From Eledone cirrhosa (Eukaryota), in NCBI GenBank assembly GCA_964016885.1, contig OZ024743.1, positions 44,268,001 through 44,332,000 on the forward strand: a stretch of 64,000 bases of DNA, given 5' to 3'. The notes beneath the pieces are model-generated. The model searched no databases. It was not told where the DNA came from and saw nothing but the letters and a program-made list of their open reading frames with translations. Shown one piece after another: positions 39,690 to 53,289 of this stretch (positions are counted from its first letter, which is position 1; the number at the start of each line of letters is the position of its first letter). The translations under genes were made by a program, and so were the position numbers.

Positions 39690-39939
39690 TTGAAAAAAAG
39701 GAAACGAAGGTAGTTCTAAACAATTATTTGATTTAATTTTATAATATTAAAATATTATGAGTTGGTAGATCTAGTAAGTTCTTTGTTAACTTCGGTGGGA
39801 AATTTTTTAAAGATTCCTGGTTAACTTTCCTGGAGCACTTTCTCGCATTCGTCGGTGGCGATTGTCAAACTGAGATACACACATATATATATATATATAT
39901 ATATATTCATATATGTTTGTGTGTGTATATATATGCATA

Positions 39940-41061
39940 AATTCCATAGAACTTTTCACAAAGTATACAGTTAATATTCAATTCTTTATCAATTTAGAAT
40001 CTTTTCTCAAAGGCACATATACATACACCTCTTTAAAATATACCCATCTACCTTACTTTAAAGGGCATTATACACTCTATAATACTCGTTTTCTCATTAC
40101 CCTCATTCTATCTTCTCGTAAAACAATAACATTTGTTTTTGACATTTTGAGTATTCATCCGCAATCATTATTATTTTTTCTCTCTATCATAAATCTTTTT
40201 AATCTCAATTTCATCCTTAATTTATTATTATTATTTTTTTCTCCCCATCAACGAACTCATTATTAATACATATGAATTCAATATACAAACTTTAACTTCA
40301 CATTATTTTTCTCAAATCCTTCTACACATAAACTTTTTTTCTCTTTGCTAATTTTGAAATTCCCACAATACATACATTTCTTCTTTTGACGTTAGAATAT
40401 TCACCCACAATTATTATTTTTTTCTCTCTATCTTCATACATAATTTCCCTTCGTTAATTTTCAAATTCCTTTAATTTATACATTATCTTCCAACGGTTCC
40501 CAACCTCTCTATATTAAAACATTATATCTTTTTCTCAGTTATAAAAACTATCTCTTTCTCTCTATCACCCATCTCTCCCTTTCCACCTTCACTCTCATCT
40601 CCTCCCCTTTTTTTTCATCCTTTCCACCCCCCCCCCCTCCCTAAATAAAATATTTTTTCCTCGCACATATCCTCCCTTCGTTAATTTTCAAAATTTTTAA
40701 TTTATACAGTATCTTCCAACGGTTTTCAACCCCTCTATATAAAATATATCTCCTCTCAGTTATAAAAACTATCTCTTTCTCTCTATCACCCATCTCTCCC
40801 TCACACCTCCTTCCCTTTTCATCCTTTTCTCCCCCCCCCCTCTCTAAATAAAATATTTTTCCCAATATCACACATCAATCTAAAACCACTTTTCATATGT
40901 TGATTTAAAACTGCACTATCAACAAGTGTTTTTTAGCCTTCATATCATGTTCTCCTATTTTATCTGATGAAAACGCAAATATTATTGTTTGATGATGTTT
41001 GTTTTTGAAATGCGCATAATAAAATATATGGAACTCCTTTAACCATCTTTTGATCTTATAT

Positions 41062-41062
<1 letters not shown>
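39940..41062 (+). mobile_element. Probable PLE 3' UTR/pseudo-LTR with internal ~230-bp duplication
   Basis: Pyrimidine-rich like the 12172-12340 UTR; about 40447-40660 is repeated at about 40674-40862; terminal HHR; (TA)n flanks. Confidence 0.55.
40956..41026 (+). ncRNA. Type I hammerhead ribozyme with long stem II
   Basis: Stem I TATTTTAT/ATAAAATA; CTGATGA 40964-40970; stem II GCAAATATTATT/GATGATGTTTGT (G-U rich); GAAA 41007-41010; palindromic TGCGCA; TA cleavage after 41018. Confidence 0.8.
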
Positions 41063-41092
<30 letters not shown>

Positions 41093-41146
41093 ATGTATGT
41101 GTGTGTGTGTGTATATATATATATATGTGTGTGTGTGTGTATGTGA

Positions 41147-41517
<371 letters not shown>

Positions 41518-41715
41518 CTGTGTGTGTATATACTATACCAAACACTTTCAACTTATTTACGAAACCATTTTAATGTTATCTTTTCTTTGTAATGCTTCTT
41601 GAATAATCTATTGCCTTTCTTCCTAAAGAAATCTTTCGGGATATCCCTCACACCCTTCCGACTAGCCGTCACCTTTGTAGAAAAGTATCTTTCACTATCA
41701 CTAATGATGTGTATA

Positions 41716-41749
<34 letters not shown>

Positions 41750-43104
41750 AAATATAAATATATATTAAAATCAGTATATAGTCTACGTGCTTATAAAACA
41801 TAATCGGAGCCTAGTAGATCTGAAAATTCAATCGGATTTCCTGGTCGGAATTTCATATAACTTTTTTTTTACTTTTATGTTCTATCGATTTATTGAGACA
41901 AGAGATTTCAACTTCATTGCTCCGATAATAATGTTTAAAAAATAAGTCAGTATGTTAAAAGGTTTCTTCGCAATATATTTATTTGTTTATTGTCTGTGGT
42001 TGGCAGACTACAAGAACAAAGATGGCAGCTGTCCTTCATTCTATTTTTAAAATATTGTTTACATTCACAGTGTCCTTGTAATTCCTGGGTGACTTTATAT
42101 ACTTGTTTCTTATTTTGCTTCCAATACATGAAACTTCGATCAATATAATTTGATATGGAATATTCCTTACCTAGATATTCCATAATGTATTAGCATTTTT
42201 GTTTTTTCATGAAGCATATTTTTGTATAGTTTATGACAAGGATACCTCTCAAAGGAGAATGAAACATTTTTTCTATTGAATATATATATATATGATCTCA
42301 TTTTGCTAGGCGGAGACATATCTGTGTGCTTAAAGTGTTTAACTAGTAGTGATGTGTTTTCGGGTCCATTATCACTGCGTACATGTTTGGCAAATGTATT
42401 TTACTGTATTCCTCGAGCTAACCAATGATTTGTGATCAAAAATGAGAAGGGAATACTATGTGAAATCCCCTGTATATGTGCCCATTCGTGTGGGTGTGTG
42501 AGCGTTTGATTCTTTGATCGCTTAAGTAATACAAAGATATGAAAAGTAAGTACGAAAGCGGTACTGCAGCATGATAGAAGACTTCTCACTAAAACCAATT
42601 GAAGAGTAAGTGCCATAGGATACTCGGCTGTAACGCAAATAATCGAGGACAACGATATCATTTCAATTAACCGTTTACTTCATTTCATGTCACCGAAGTA
42701 TATAATGTCTCGAAGGAAGGACGGGATTTATGACTTCTACATTATGCTCCCCTAAACTAATCAGGATGTCAGATTCGCTTAGAAAGATGAGAACAAGCAG
42801 ACAAATGAATAGTTCCTCTTATTTGAGAAACAATATCCTGGTATTAACAAATTTAGTTTTTTAAAGAAAGGAGCCCATCTTTGGATCGGACTAATAAGCA
42901 TTTCTCCCATTGATCTTTATGTTTATCATACGATAGGTCGTTTGCAATTCCTTGAACTCAGGACGCAGAGCCAAATTACATGAAATCATAAAACATTCCA
43001 GTCAACTCTTTAACAATTCCACTAAACAAATACCTTTGGTTGAAATATAATGTTTTAACGCAGCTTCAATATAAATATAATTTATTCTTAATTTGGAGTT
43101 AAAT

Positions 43105-43705
43105 TCCTTATCTCAGATGCCACATGCTGTGACACGTCCTCATCATTAAATTTAGTCGCATCGGCCACAAACCCCCGCACGGTGGCTCGCAATGAACAGG
43201 ACGACAAACAAATACCGGGGCTTGTCCGGTCGCTTCCTTTTCGCACTAGTCGCCGTCGAGACCTCAGACGTCCTCCGACCCCGTACTGATGCGCTCCTCC
43301 GTAAAATCGAAAAGTTAGCAGCCCGTCTGTGATGTAGGACGACGATGGGAGGTGGTTGTTACAGCGGGTGACACTGGCCATTTTAGACGGAAATTCATTT
43401 CCAGTTTTGTCTGTGAGGCACATCCATAACACCGCCCCGCCCTAGGCCCAGTGCGAGGCAATCTCTCTCCTACCACTATTTTCTCCTGTGTCCCAACAGT
43501 CCTTGTTTTTCCCTCCTTTTCCTCTCATAGCACTTATAGTCCGTTCCTCTACTTTCCCATACAGCCAGGTGTGCCCTTCTTTACCCCTTTTTTCTCATTA
43601 CTTAATTTGGTTCTATCTTTATTTTTCATATTTGTGTAATTATGAATGTCAGCCAACTTTGTAAGGAAATCACATGTATTGAAAATAAACTTGTAAATTG
43701 AACTT
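43105..43705 (+). pseudogene. CRE-clade LINE 3' end (restriction-like endonuclease domain and 3' UTR)
   Basis: DATCCDTSSSLNLVASATNP..YRGLSGRFLFALVAVETSDVL..WLLQRVTLAILDGNSFPVL across frameshifts; pyrimidine-rich UTR and AATAAA. Confidence 0.8.
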
Positions 43706-44992
43706 ATACACGAGTATGTTTGCTTCAGCCATATAATACTAAAGGTTGTGCTCAGTAATAACTAGAAATAGCGGTTTCTAATTGAGGCACACAGCCAACA
43801 ATTTAAAGGAGTGGAGAAAAGTCAAATATATCATGGCACTATATTTATAGATCCTAGATAAATGAAAGGCGATGTTTGCCCCGCTGGGATTTGAACTAAG
43901 AACATAAACAACCGGAATAAATAGAAGCAAGCCATTTTTGTCTAATACATTCAGGATACTGCCAGCCCATCGCCCAGCGGTGAAAGTCAAATATATCGTC
44001 TCCAATACCTTGAAAAAAAGATGTTTTCGATCTTTTGCTGGGATAATATCTTTGACAATGAAAGGATACTTTTTGGTTCGTGAATACGACCAATTCTATG
44101 GATACGTGTTATCATATATCCTGAGTTCGATTCTCGATTATACGTTTTGTCCGTGAGCATGGCACGTTGTTCCAGCCCACTGATTCAAATGACCAGCTAT
44201 ATAACACATTGTGTCACGTTGGCTGAGTATCACAGAGAATGAAGCTAAGCGTTCCGTGTTGTGGAATACTCAGTCACATTTATTTTAATTTCCCCAATCC
44301 ATTGTTCTGTTACTCCAACATCTAAAACGTCGGTTGTACAATCCAAGATTATTATACTTACAATGTTAAACCATACACTGAGGTCTTTAGAGGCGCAATT
44401 TAATTTACTTTCATGAAATATTTGGTCATTATGTAAATAAATTTAATATGAAATTCCACAATTTTTAAATTGAACATATAGATTCCTGAACTTCCTTTGG
44501 TTTTCCTTCAATAAATTTAATGCATTAACTGAAAGAGATATTTCTGTGTTGCATCATGTTATACCAATTAACAGGTCCGGAAAATGATCAGTTTCATTGA
44601 TAATTATTCCTTTAATTAATTCCGTATATGAAAAGAAAATAGAATAACTAATTCTGAATTTTTCAGCGTTGCTGCAGCCTAAACTTTTAAATTATTTCAA
44701 TACAGAAAGTGATAATTAAATATTAGCACATGGTGTATTTCGGTTTCATTGTTAAGAAGAAATCATTCATCACCGACGTGATCAGTATAATTTCAGTATA
44801 ACTCAGTTTTTGTGTATTATTTCTCTTTACTATATGATATACTAGACGTGATCAGTATAATTTCAGCATAACTCAGCATTTGCATATTATTTCTCTTTAC
44901 TATATGATATATTACCTCTTACCGTATATATTTTTACATTAGAAGTTAGGATGAGAGTTATAATTATATTAATTTCTGTGCTGGTTTCAAAT

Positions 44993-45220
44993 GTGGTGGT
45001 ACATGGTCTAATGATAGTGGCGTTGGACTTACGATAATAATGTCGTGGGTTCGATTCCTGGGTTGCTCCAGTAATGAGTACCATCAATAGTTGGGGGGCT
45101 AAGCCCTGTGATGGACTAGCGTCCTGCCCAGGGGGTAGTCTTGTACTCTCAGTTGCTTCACACCATGAAATCGGGATAACCACCGGCCAAATGAGCCTTC
45201 TGGCTTAAGACAGACTTTAG
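44993..45220 (+). mobile_element. tRNA-derived SINE with V-domain-like core
   Basis: A-box-like tggtctaatgat, B-box GGTTCGATTCC, then ccctgtgatggactagcgtcctgcccagggg and tail ..atgagcc..gacttta. Confidence 0.65.
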
Positions 45221-45359
45221 TCTGGTTTCAAGTAATAATTTGGAAATGACTGATAAATTATACGAAAAGTCTAACTAGTGAATCAATGTAAAAGTGGTTG
45301 AAAACCCCATACACACGTGAGCGTGACATAACACGTTGGAATTATGGGTACTATCCATC

Positions 45360-45480
45360 TGACGGGCTCCCACTGTGTTCCCGGCAAGTAAAGTCACTTT
45401 CTCAAAATGGCACGAATTTGAATCGAACCCAGGTACTCGAGGTTTCGAAGCAAATATTTTAATCAGTCCACCATGCCTGC
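45360..45480 (-). mobile_element. tRNA-derived SINE (family 3); related pieces near 21095-21150 and 55283-55430
   Basis: Minus strand gcaggcatggtggactgattaa..gggttcgattc; shared gggcttcc/gggctccc..cag tail blocks. Confidence 0.5.
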
Positions 45481-46127
45481 TTAAATAAACAGGATACGTT
45501 TCTATGAGAAGTCATATACAATACTATGGACTAAAGACATTAAATTCAATTTAGATTCATTTATTTGCACACAGCTAATCATACAATACTTCGAGTGATG
45601 AATGAGATTAGTAAGTTGCTTATACTTTATATAAAGATATCATCTCTTCAATAATAACTCATAGAAACATATATCACCAATATAATAAACCCGTCGCATA
45701 AGAGTAAATTCAGTAATATTTGTCAGAGTTCAATTAATGTGATATTATATAAAATGTTTATGACTTTAGAGCATCGAGATCAATGTGATTTCAAATACGT
45801 CACAATCTAAAAGCAAACTATGCATTCCAGTATTTTACGAAGAAATGTATACCTCTGCCAATGCATACTTATGAAGAAACTTTAACAAGACTGGATAACT
45901 CATACGGAGCATCAACTCATATTTTAAATCAACGATCCTTATTAATGATTGTGTTAATTATCTGGGCCGCATGACAGAATACATAATCAATGTGAGCTTT
46001 TTGAAGCAAAATTTGCGGGTTTATGCCGTTTAATCACCCCTTATAATGTAGTGATACGGCGTACCTGAATCGGATATGTATTGCCAGTATTAGCATTTGT
46101 GTATATATGGTAGGTGAATGTTTATGG

Positions 46128-46204
<77 letters not shown>

Positions 46205-46221
46205 CTGAGTTTTTCGAATAT

Positions 46222-46414
46222 TAATAATTGTTTCTAATTTTGCCACAAGGTCAGGAATTATTCCAGTGTATTACTGGTGCTTTATTTTATCGACCCCTTA
46301 AGGATGCATGGTAAAGTTAACCTCGGCGATTTGAACTCAGACCATAAAGGGCCGTAACTCTTTGCTGCAAAGCATGGCATCAGACCCTCTACCAACACTA
46401 CCAATCAACCACCC
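46222..46414 (-). mobile_element. tRNA-derived SINE (family 1)
   Basis: Reverse complement of family consensus. Confidence 0.85.
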
Positions 46415-46549
46415 TAATAATAATAATAATAAACGATTCGTTTGTAATTATGTAAACAGCCACTTTAAAGCCAGGTCAGTAGAATGACCCGATCAATCTT
46501 GCTCTTGTGTTGGTATGTACACAGAATATTATTATTAATATTCGAAAAA

Positions 46550-47090
46550 CACAGATTACATGGCAATTGCAATCGTTTAAAATGAAAAGGGACATATGTT
46601 TGGTATTCTAAGTATAACTATGATGTCTCCCAGTATAACTATCCAGTGTAGATGTTGACTCCGATAGCGTCAGGCTATAGCTCAGACACAGTCATACACG
46701 TCCCAATGCACAATAATATCTGATTCAAGTGTCTGAGAAGCACGATGAATGTGCCATTCTTCAATTCAAGGTTGTATGACAGCATACCAGGTTGTTCTAG
46801 ACTGTTCATTAATTCAACGGGATCAGAACATCTTCGTCCTCGCCGACAAATTTATCGATAGATTTTTAGATCTGGCTACCTCTAAGGATCATTTGTGAGA
46901 GCCGTATGTTTATGGCATACACTGTGATGTTTTGGGGGCATGAATTATTCTTTCAAACAATCCCCTCACCGTTGGAATAGTGCATTTCGAAATTGGGGAT
47001 CACTCCATTAATTAAGTTTTCAACTCTGTCTACAACCATACAAAATTATGAACGATCAAAACATCCTTCAGTTTGCTTTTCTATAAATTT
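46550..47090 (-). pseudogene. Helitron PIF1-type helicase fragment
   Basis: Frameshifted LFERIIHAPK..KSID..PVELMNSLEQPGMLSYNLELKNGTFIVLLRHLN..CIGT..VILRIP..PFHFKRLQLP, matching the Helitron YPxEFLNSL..LLRNL..CNGTR..FKRxQFP region. Confidence 0.8.
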
Positions 47091-47339
47091 AAACGGTCAG
47101 GAGTGATTATCTGTAAATCTGAGGGTCCCCACCTTTCCTGCCTCTGTTGTTGTTACTAAAAAATATCCTAGGCTGGAAAATCCAAGGGTCCCCCTTGCGC
47201 CGTTTTCGGAAAAGGCAATTTCTAGCATGTCATCCGACTGTCTGAATCGGCTCAGAAGAAATGTAGGAGCTATGATCCACTGGAAGTAGGGTGTGACCAC
47301 TGAGGATGATATCAGCTCAACTGAGCTCCTTAAAAGTCT

Positions 47340-47720
47340 GCTGACTAACGATCTTGAGGATGTGCTTCAGATGAGACAAATGCGCTTGTACGGCTATGTT
47401 GAGTGAAGTGAGGGCTGGACCAGCAAAGTGATGAATGCCGGTAGAGGAGGCAGTAGAGGCCCATAAACATCAAAAAAGACTTGGATGGAAAAGGTCCGTT
47501 GGGATCAAACTTGACTTGGCCTGGCCCAAGTGAAACCGGTGAACCGAACCACACGGTGCAGGACGCTAAGGAGCGTTGTCAGTTAGAGCCCACCCCTACT
47601 TAGGATTTATTGTGCCCTGCACAATCAAAAACCGGATGATGATGATGATGATGATGATGACGACGACGGTGATGATGCCGACGATGATAAAAATAATGAT
47701 GATGATAATGATGATCATGA
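47340..47720 (+). mobile_element. RTE-type LINE 3' end with (GAT)n tail
   Basis: EDVLQMRQMRLYGYVE (RxRWxGHV motif) followed by 3' UTR and a GAT repeat from 47635. Confidence 0.55.
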
Positions 47721-49246
47721 AGATGGTGGTTCTGGTGGTGGTGGAATGAATCCATCGTTACCATCATCATATCTATGATGTAGTTGCTTGTATACATACA
47801 TATATGTATATATGTGTACCTGCCTCTTTGTGGTTGTGCTTCGTATTCATATTCACGTGTGCGTTATTATTTATGTGAATGGAATGAATATAGCTTCACT
47901 GTATGTGTGTTAGAGTCAATGTAAAGGGGTTTAAATGTAGAAAGACAACAATACCAATAAGATAATAATGAAAATTTAATAGAAATTAATAAAGGAAGAT
48001 TTAGGAATGAATGGACTAAACATAAAATATTCAGCTAACATACGGCATATTGAGGGTTCGTTTTTAAGATACGTGGAAGTAAATCTTAAAGCAGTAAACA
48101 ATATGATAGCTCGTATATAATGTAAGAAAAACAGCTAATACATGTTTAATGTAACCAATGCGAATATAGTTCTGTGGTAAATTAGTTTTAAAATTAGATT
48201 CAAATGGAAATAATTAGATGCATTCAAGATGCAGAGAGTATTAATGAAAAAACGACAATAATACTGAAGAAAAATCTATTTTGTTATCAGGAATAGCATA
48301 TGATTTTAAATATGTATGAGAAAGCAAGCCGAGGGCTACAGCTTATTAATCAAGAAGAGACTGGAGTAAAGTTTCTACTGCCAGAGGAATGACACAAAAG
48401 TGAATATAGAAAGCCATGAATAACCTGCATAGCAATTGATATTGTAGAACACTGATATGATATTAAATGATCACAAAGACAACAATATATCTAGATTATA
48501 GCGCTGGTTTATGATCTTAGCCGGAATAGAATCGGTTATGGGTATAGTTAATTTAATGAAAATATAGATAACAAATTTATTGCAACAGAAGAAAAGTTAA
48601 TTTGAAAGAGTGCAAACATAAAATCTGAAATAAATATGCAGAAAAACTTCTTATCAATACCACATGTAAATAATATACCCACAGAAAAAAAAGAAACAAC
48701 ATACAATAGAAATAACTGCTGTCATCAATACGTAATGCTAAATATATTGCCTGCATTATTAGATGAATACTGAATTTATCATTAGATCAGAAAATATTTT
48801 TAAAGTCAATTCGTATTATATTTGGCTGCACTTACAGGTAGTTTATGCCACTTGCCTCATCATGAACGCAGTGAACTAATGTTTGTAGCATAGAAAACAT
48901 GTAACCAAGGAAGTTATTGTTCACCAAAATCATAAAAATCGAAGCATTATGTTTCTAGTCTTTTATTATACTCGTTACAATTTAACATTGCTATCTCATA
49001 TTAAATTACTTAGTTTAGAGATTTGCTTTGAATTATATTATACTTGAAATATTTTATGTAATTTCTAAGCACCGAAATACAAAGGAAGTTACGGAATTAT
49101 TACCAGACAAGAGATATCAATAGTCAAGCCAGACAAGAATTAATTAATTTCTTTCTTCATGACAAAACAAACATCGTGTAATTCTAACTATTATTTAAAG
49201 TATTTTGGTGTCTATAATGTACATGTATATTATTATATAAATTAAT

Positions 49247-49440
49247 AGCGGTGGATTGGCAGTATCGGTAGAGGGTCGGACGCCATGCTTTGCAGCAAAG
49301 AGTTACGGCGCTTTTATGGTCTGAGTTCAAATCCCGCCGAGGTTAACTTTGCCTTTCATCCTTCCGGGGTCGATAAAAGAAAGTACCAGTAATGTACTGG
49401 CTAATTACTGGCCTTGTGCCAAAAGTAGAAACAATTATTA
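49247..49440 (+). mobile_element. tRNA-derived SINE (family 1), full length
   Basis: ggtggattggcagtatcggtagag (A-box-like), GAGTTCAAATCCC (B-box), conserved core and ATT tail. Confidence 0.9.
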
Positions 49441-49875
49441 TATAAATTAACATGTTTATATAATCAATACAAGATTTAATGGAAGCGGTGCTAAATGTTA
49501 TGTAATCAGACATATTCTTATATGTAGACATGTAAAGATATCTTATCTACGCATTTCTCCGTGTATATGTATTATTACTGGAGACATGGTTATATGATGA
49601 AACAATTGGAAATATCTATAAGAAACGAATTTATAAATATTTTACTCATGAAATCGACATTCACATATATTCTGCCCTTATTCACCTGCTATGTATAGCA
49701 GCCAAACACTTCAAACCACAGCACAGCATCTTAATACAGGATAGTATGTATATACTAGAAGTAGATGAACTTTGTGAAAATAAAATGAGTTGAACATGGC
49801 TGGAATGCCTTTTAAATATGCCAACACATTTAGACTTCGCAAGGTGCATCACGAATATATATATATATATATATA

Positions 49876-50039
49876 TAGGTACGAGTAGGACCCCGACGGC
49901 TGAGCTCAAGCCGTTTCGACGCGGCTTGAGCTCAGCCGTCGGGGTCCTACTCGTTCCTATTACCCACTCTACTACCCTAAGTATTGAGTACTTTGGTGCG
50001 TTATGGTCCATCTGGTTCCTTACCACATTTCCTTCATTA
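49876..50039. mobile_element. Fold-back PLE terminal fragment (family A)
   Basis: acgagtaggaccccgacggctgagctcaagccg / cggcttgagctcagccgtcggggtcctactcgt, plus right tail; in (TA)n. Confidence 0.85.
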
Positions 50040-50051
50040 TATATATATATA

Positions 50052-50481
50052 TTCCGTTTATCGTTTTCGGTGCACCCGGCCGATTAACCCACTCGATATG
50101 CAAATTGGGCTACTCAGCCGTTAATATGCATAAGGTAAGTATATACGTTCAGCAATCTGGCAGGAAGGTATACGTTGCTGACGATAGCTAATAAGTTTGA
50201 AACTAGTACAGCGTTCCTTTGTCAGTGTTGAACAAACGAGCAACGATGGTTGCTAGACACTACGGCTTAATACAGGATGTTTGTTTACAAACACGCCGAG
50301 CATTATAATAAATGTTCAGTGAATCCATACGTACATATATATATATATGTGTGCATGTATGTATATATATATATACATACTACTGTACGTCTGTATACAC
50401 ATATGTATGTACGTGTACATACTTATATTTAAGTAACAGCCGTTCTAAGAGTGGGAAATGAAATTTCGTTTCATTTTTTCC

Positions 50482-50487
<6 letters not shown>
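50052..50487 (+). mobile_element. Unit-length (426-nt) HHR retroelement monomer, circularly permuted relative to 540-1248
   Basis: TTCCGTTTAT at both ends (50052 and 50478); central HHR; blockwise homology to 540-1248; (TA)n on both sides. Confidence 0.75.
50172..50214 (+). ncRNA. Type I hammerhead ribozyme (minimal, palindromic loop 3)
   Basis: Stem I ACGTTG/CAGCGT; CTGACGA 50178-50184; stem II AGC-TAATAA-GTT; GAAA 50199-50202; CTAG; GTA cleavage after 50208; distal pairing TGGCAGGAAGG/CCTTTGTCA. Confidence 0.85.
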
Positions 50488-50518
<31 letters not shown>

Positions 50519-50698
50519 TGTATATATAGTGTATTTTGCAATACACTGTATGCTTAATTAAAAGCATTTCGAAGACCTTACGCTATTGCTTTAGAGAAGT
50601 GACAGTCTCACTTACTTTAAATTTTCAGCATATATACACTGTATATACATTCATATATATATTGCTATTTCAGAGCACCAATTCTAATATATATATAT

Positions 50699-50760
<62 letters not shown>

Positions 50761-50769
50761 ATAATAATA

Positions 50770-52517
50770 AATATAAAGACTAAAATCCAAAGAGGGCTCG
50801 GCAACATCACCACGGAGCCTAACACAACCAGTTTCCCAATATACCAAATAGACCGCCACCACCTGCCACCACCTGCCAATCTCGAACTAGAAGAAAAACT
50901 CTCGAGTCTAAAACAGTCCGTATTTAACATCTTACGGAAACAGGAAGATAGGCCCAAAACTCTCCAGGACGCAATAACTCGCTCTGAAGAACCTGTCGAA
51001 AAGGGAACTCATCCACTTACCATCCGACAAAGGGAAAGAGTTTTGTGTCATCTCTCAAGACACATACAACAATCTGGCGTTTGAACATTTAAGCGACAAC
51101 AAACTGTATACAGAGGTCCCGGACATAACTGCAGCCCAGATCGAAAAACAGGCCAACTCCATCTGGTTTGACATCTGTAGCAGTCGACAACTCCCAAATA
51201 AATTTAAGTCCAATTACATCACTAGAAATAGCAGATTGCCCACTTTCTATTACCTCATCAAGACCCACAAGAATAGTGCTAAGACACAAATAAGACCCAT
51301 CGTCTCTAGCATACAAGGGCCCCTATACAAATTTTCCTGGCTCCTCTCCCAAGTTCTTAAGCCTTTACTCTCCACCTTTCCCGGCCATGTCAGTAACTCC
51401 GACGAGGTTATACGTAGACTACACCAACTCCAGCCAGAACAACTTAAACTCAATAGAGACGCCTTTAGCCTCGACGTTGTCTCCTTCTATACTACAGTCC
51501 CCGCTCATCCAGCTGTCGATTTATTGACGGACTGCGTGATCGCCGAAGACGTCCACTGCTACGGCCTCCAACTGACGGATATACAACAGCATTTGTCCTT
51601 CACGGTGGACAACACATACTTCACCTTCACCACCACACATACAGACAGACAGACAGCAGGATTACCCATGGGATCCAGCTTATCACTTTCATGAACCAGC
51701 TGGAATGCCGAGCCCTCAACACCTGCCATTCCTGTACCTTCTTCACCCGATATGTAGATGACATACTAATCCTTACATTATCCTGCGAGGAAGCGAATAA
51801 AACATACATAGCATTCTCCAGCATGGAGGCCAATATAATTTTCGGCATAGAACACCCCGAAGAGCGTGGATCCCTATCCCTATTAGACTTCCAACTCAGA
51901 GTAATAGAGAAAGGCGACATCCACACATGCTTCTATAAAAAAGTCGCCATCAGGGACTAGTTCATCCATTTCAGGTCGGCCTTCCCACTCGGCGCCAAGT
52001 TCGGATACATAAGGAACGAACTGACACGTATCCGGAACAAATGCACCGACGCAAGAGACCGAGACACACACACAGCACACTTCCTGGAAGTACTTAAACT
52101 AAACGGATTCCCGATGTCCACTGTGAAGCGTGCCAGAAACAACAGAAGACACCACACCCAAAGGACTAACACCTGCTTCCTGAAGCTCCCACACTTCAGT
52201 GATGAAACCACAACGGCCAACCCCAAGGCCATCAGACGAGTGGGACTAGATATCCAGCTAGCCCACTCAGGACCTTCTCTACGCCGACAGTTAGCCAAGA
52301 GAAATTCCACCAGAAAATACAGCCGCTTCACGCTGGCCAACTGATGTAAAAACATCAACAAAAACATAATAGTTAGGATAGAAGCTAAGGAAAGAAACCT
52401 CGGCAATCCTATAATTAAAGAAGCATTAATTATAGACAAAACGCAACCACAAATCAATAATAGATTAGAACTCAACACCAAATTGTTAACATGATAGAAC
52501 ATCTAGCCCGCACGTAT

Positions 52518-52568
<51 letters not shown>

Positions 52569-52925
52569 TAGACATACATGTCAAAACCCTTTAAAGGGAG
52601 ACATCTCTTTAACCACTTGACTTGCCCTAACCTTCACTCTTTGACATTAGAAGCAGAATAGAATTTTATACTTCTTCCGGTCAGCATGACTTAGCAACCC
52701 ACCTCGGACACTGGATTAACCTCTTTACTTTCCTCAGACGAAGAGATATTATCTCGAAATATCAGGATATATGAATAAGTTGAGGTAAAAGATTTATTGT
52801 CAGCGCTATCTTTTACATTTATATTCTATCTCCAAACCTGCATAGTTTTGGGCTTCTAACTTCTAACTTCTAACGTTTATACCTCACTATACAATGCAAC
52901 AAGAAAACTACCAATTCCTTCTCTC
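50770..52925 (+). pseudogene. Decayed Penelope-like element (RT nearly complete, GIY-YIG mostly deleted) with 3' UTR
   Basis: SDKGKEFCVI, LPTFYYLIKTHK, IRPIVSSIQGP, FSLDVVSFYTTVP, GLPMGS, FTRYVDDIL, EHPE..LSLLD, NGFP, IIKEALII..PQIN; degenerate HHR TCCT-CAGACGA-AGAGATattATCTC-GAAA-TATC-AGGA at 52731-52767. Confidence 0.9.
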
Positions 52926-53289
52926 ATATATATATATACTAGGATCAGAATTAAGAGTATTCCGCAGTTCACAGTAATAATAATAATATTAGCTCAAAGA
53001 AGAATAGAGAATTTTCTTCCGAGCTCAGATACAAATATATTACACAAATAGAAGTGTGTTACACAATGAAATGTGTGTAAAGGATTATTACAAGTGATTT
53101 TTACCGTTACTGTATAGAAAACAATATCTACAGGTTTAGCAATTAAATCGAAAAAAAACCTAAGTCAGAATCAAATCACTGAAGTAGAGTTTTAAATTAC
53201 TAACCTGATAACTATAAGTTTGCTGATACGAATTAAGTTCGTTTCGCCGGTACGGTGATTAGCAGATATGGTGTGGGCTATTGCAACAG

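Noticed and set aside
47600-47797. Poly-histidine ORF
   Set aside because: Reverse translation of the (GAT)n tail of an RTE-like 3' end.
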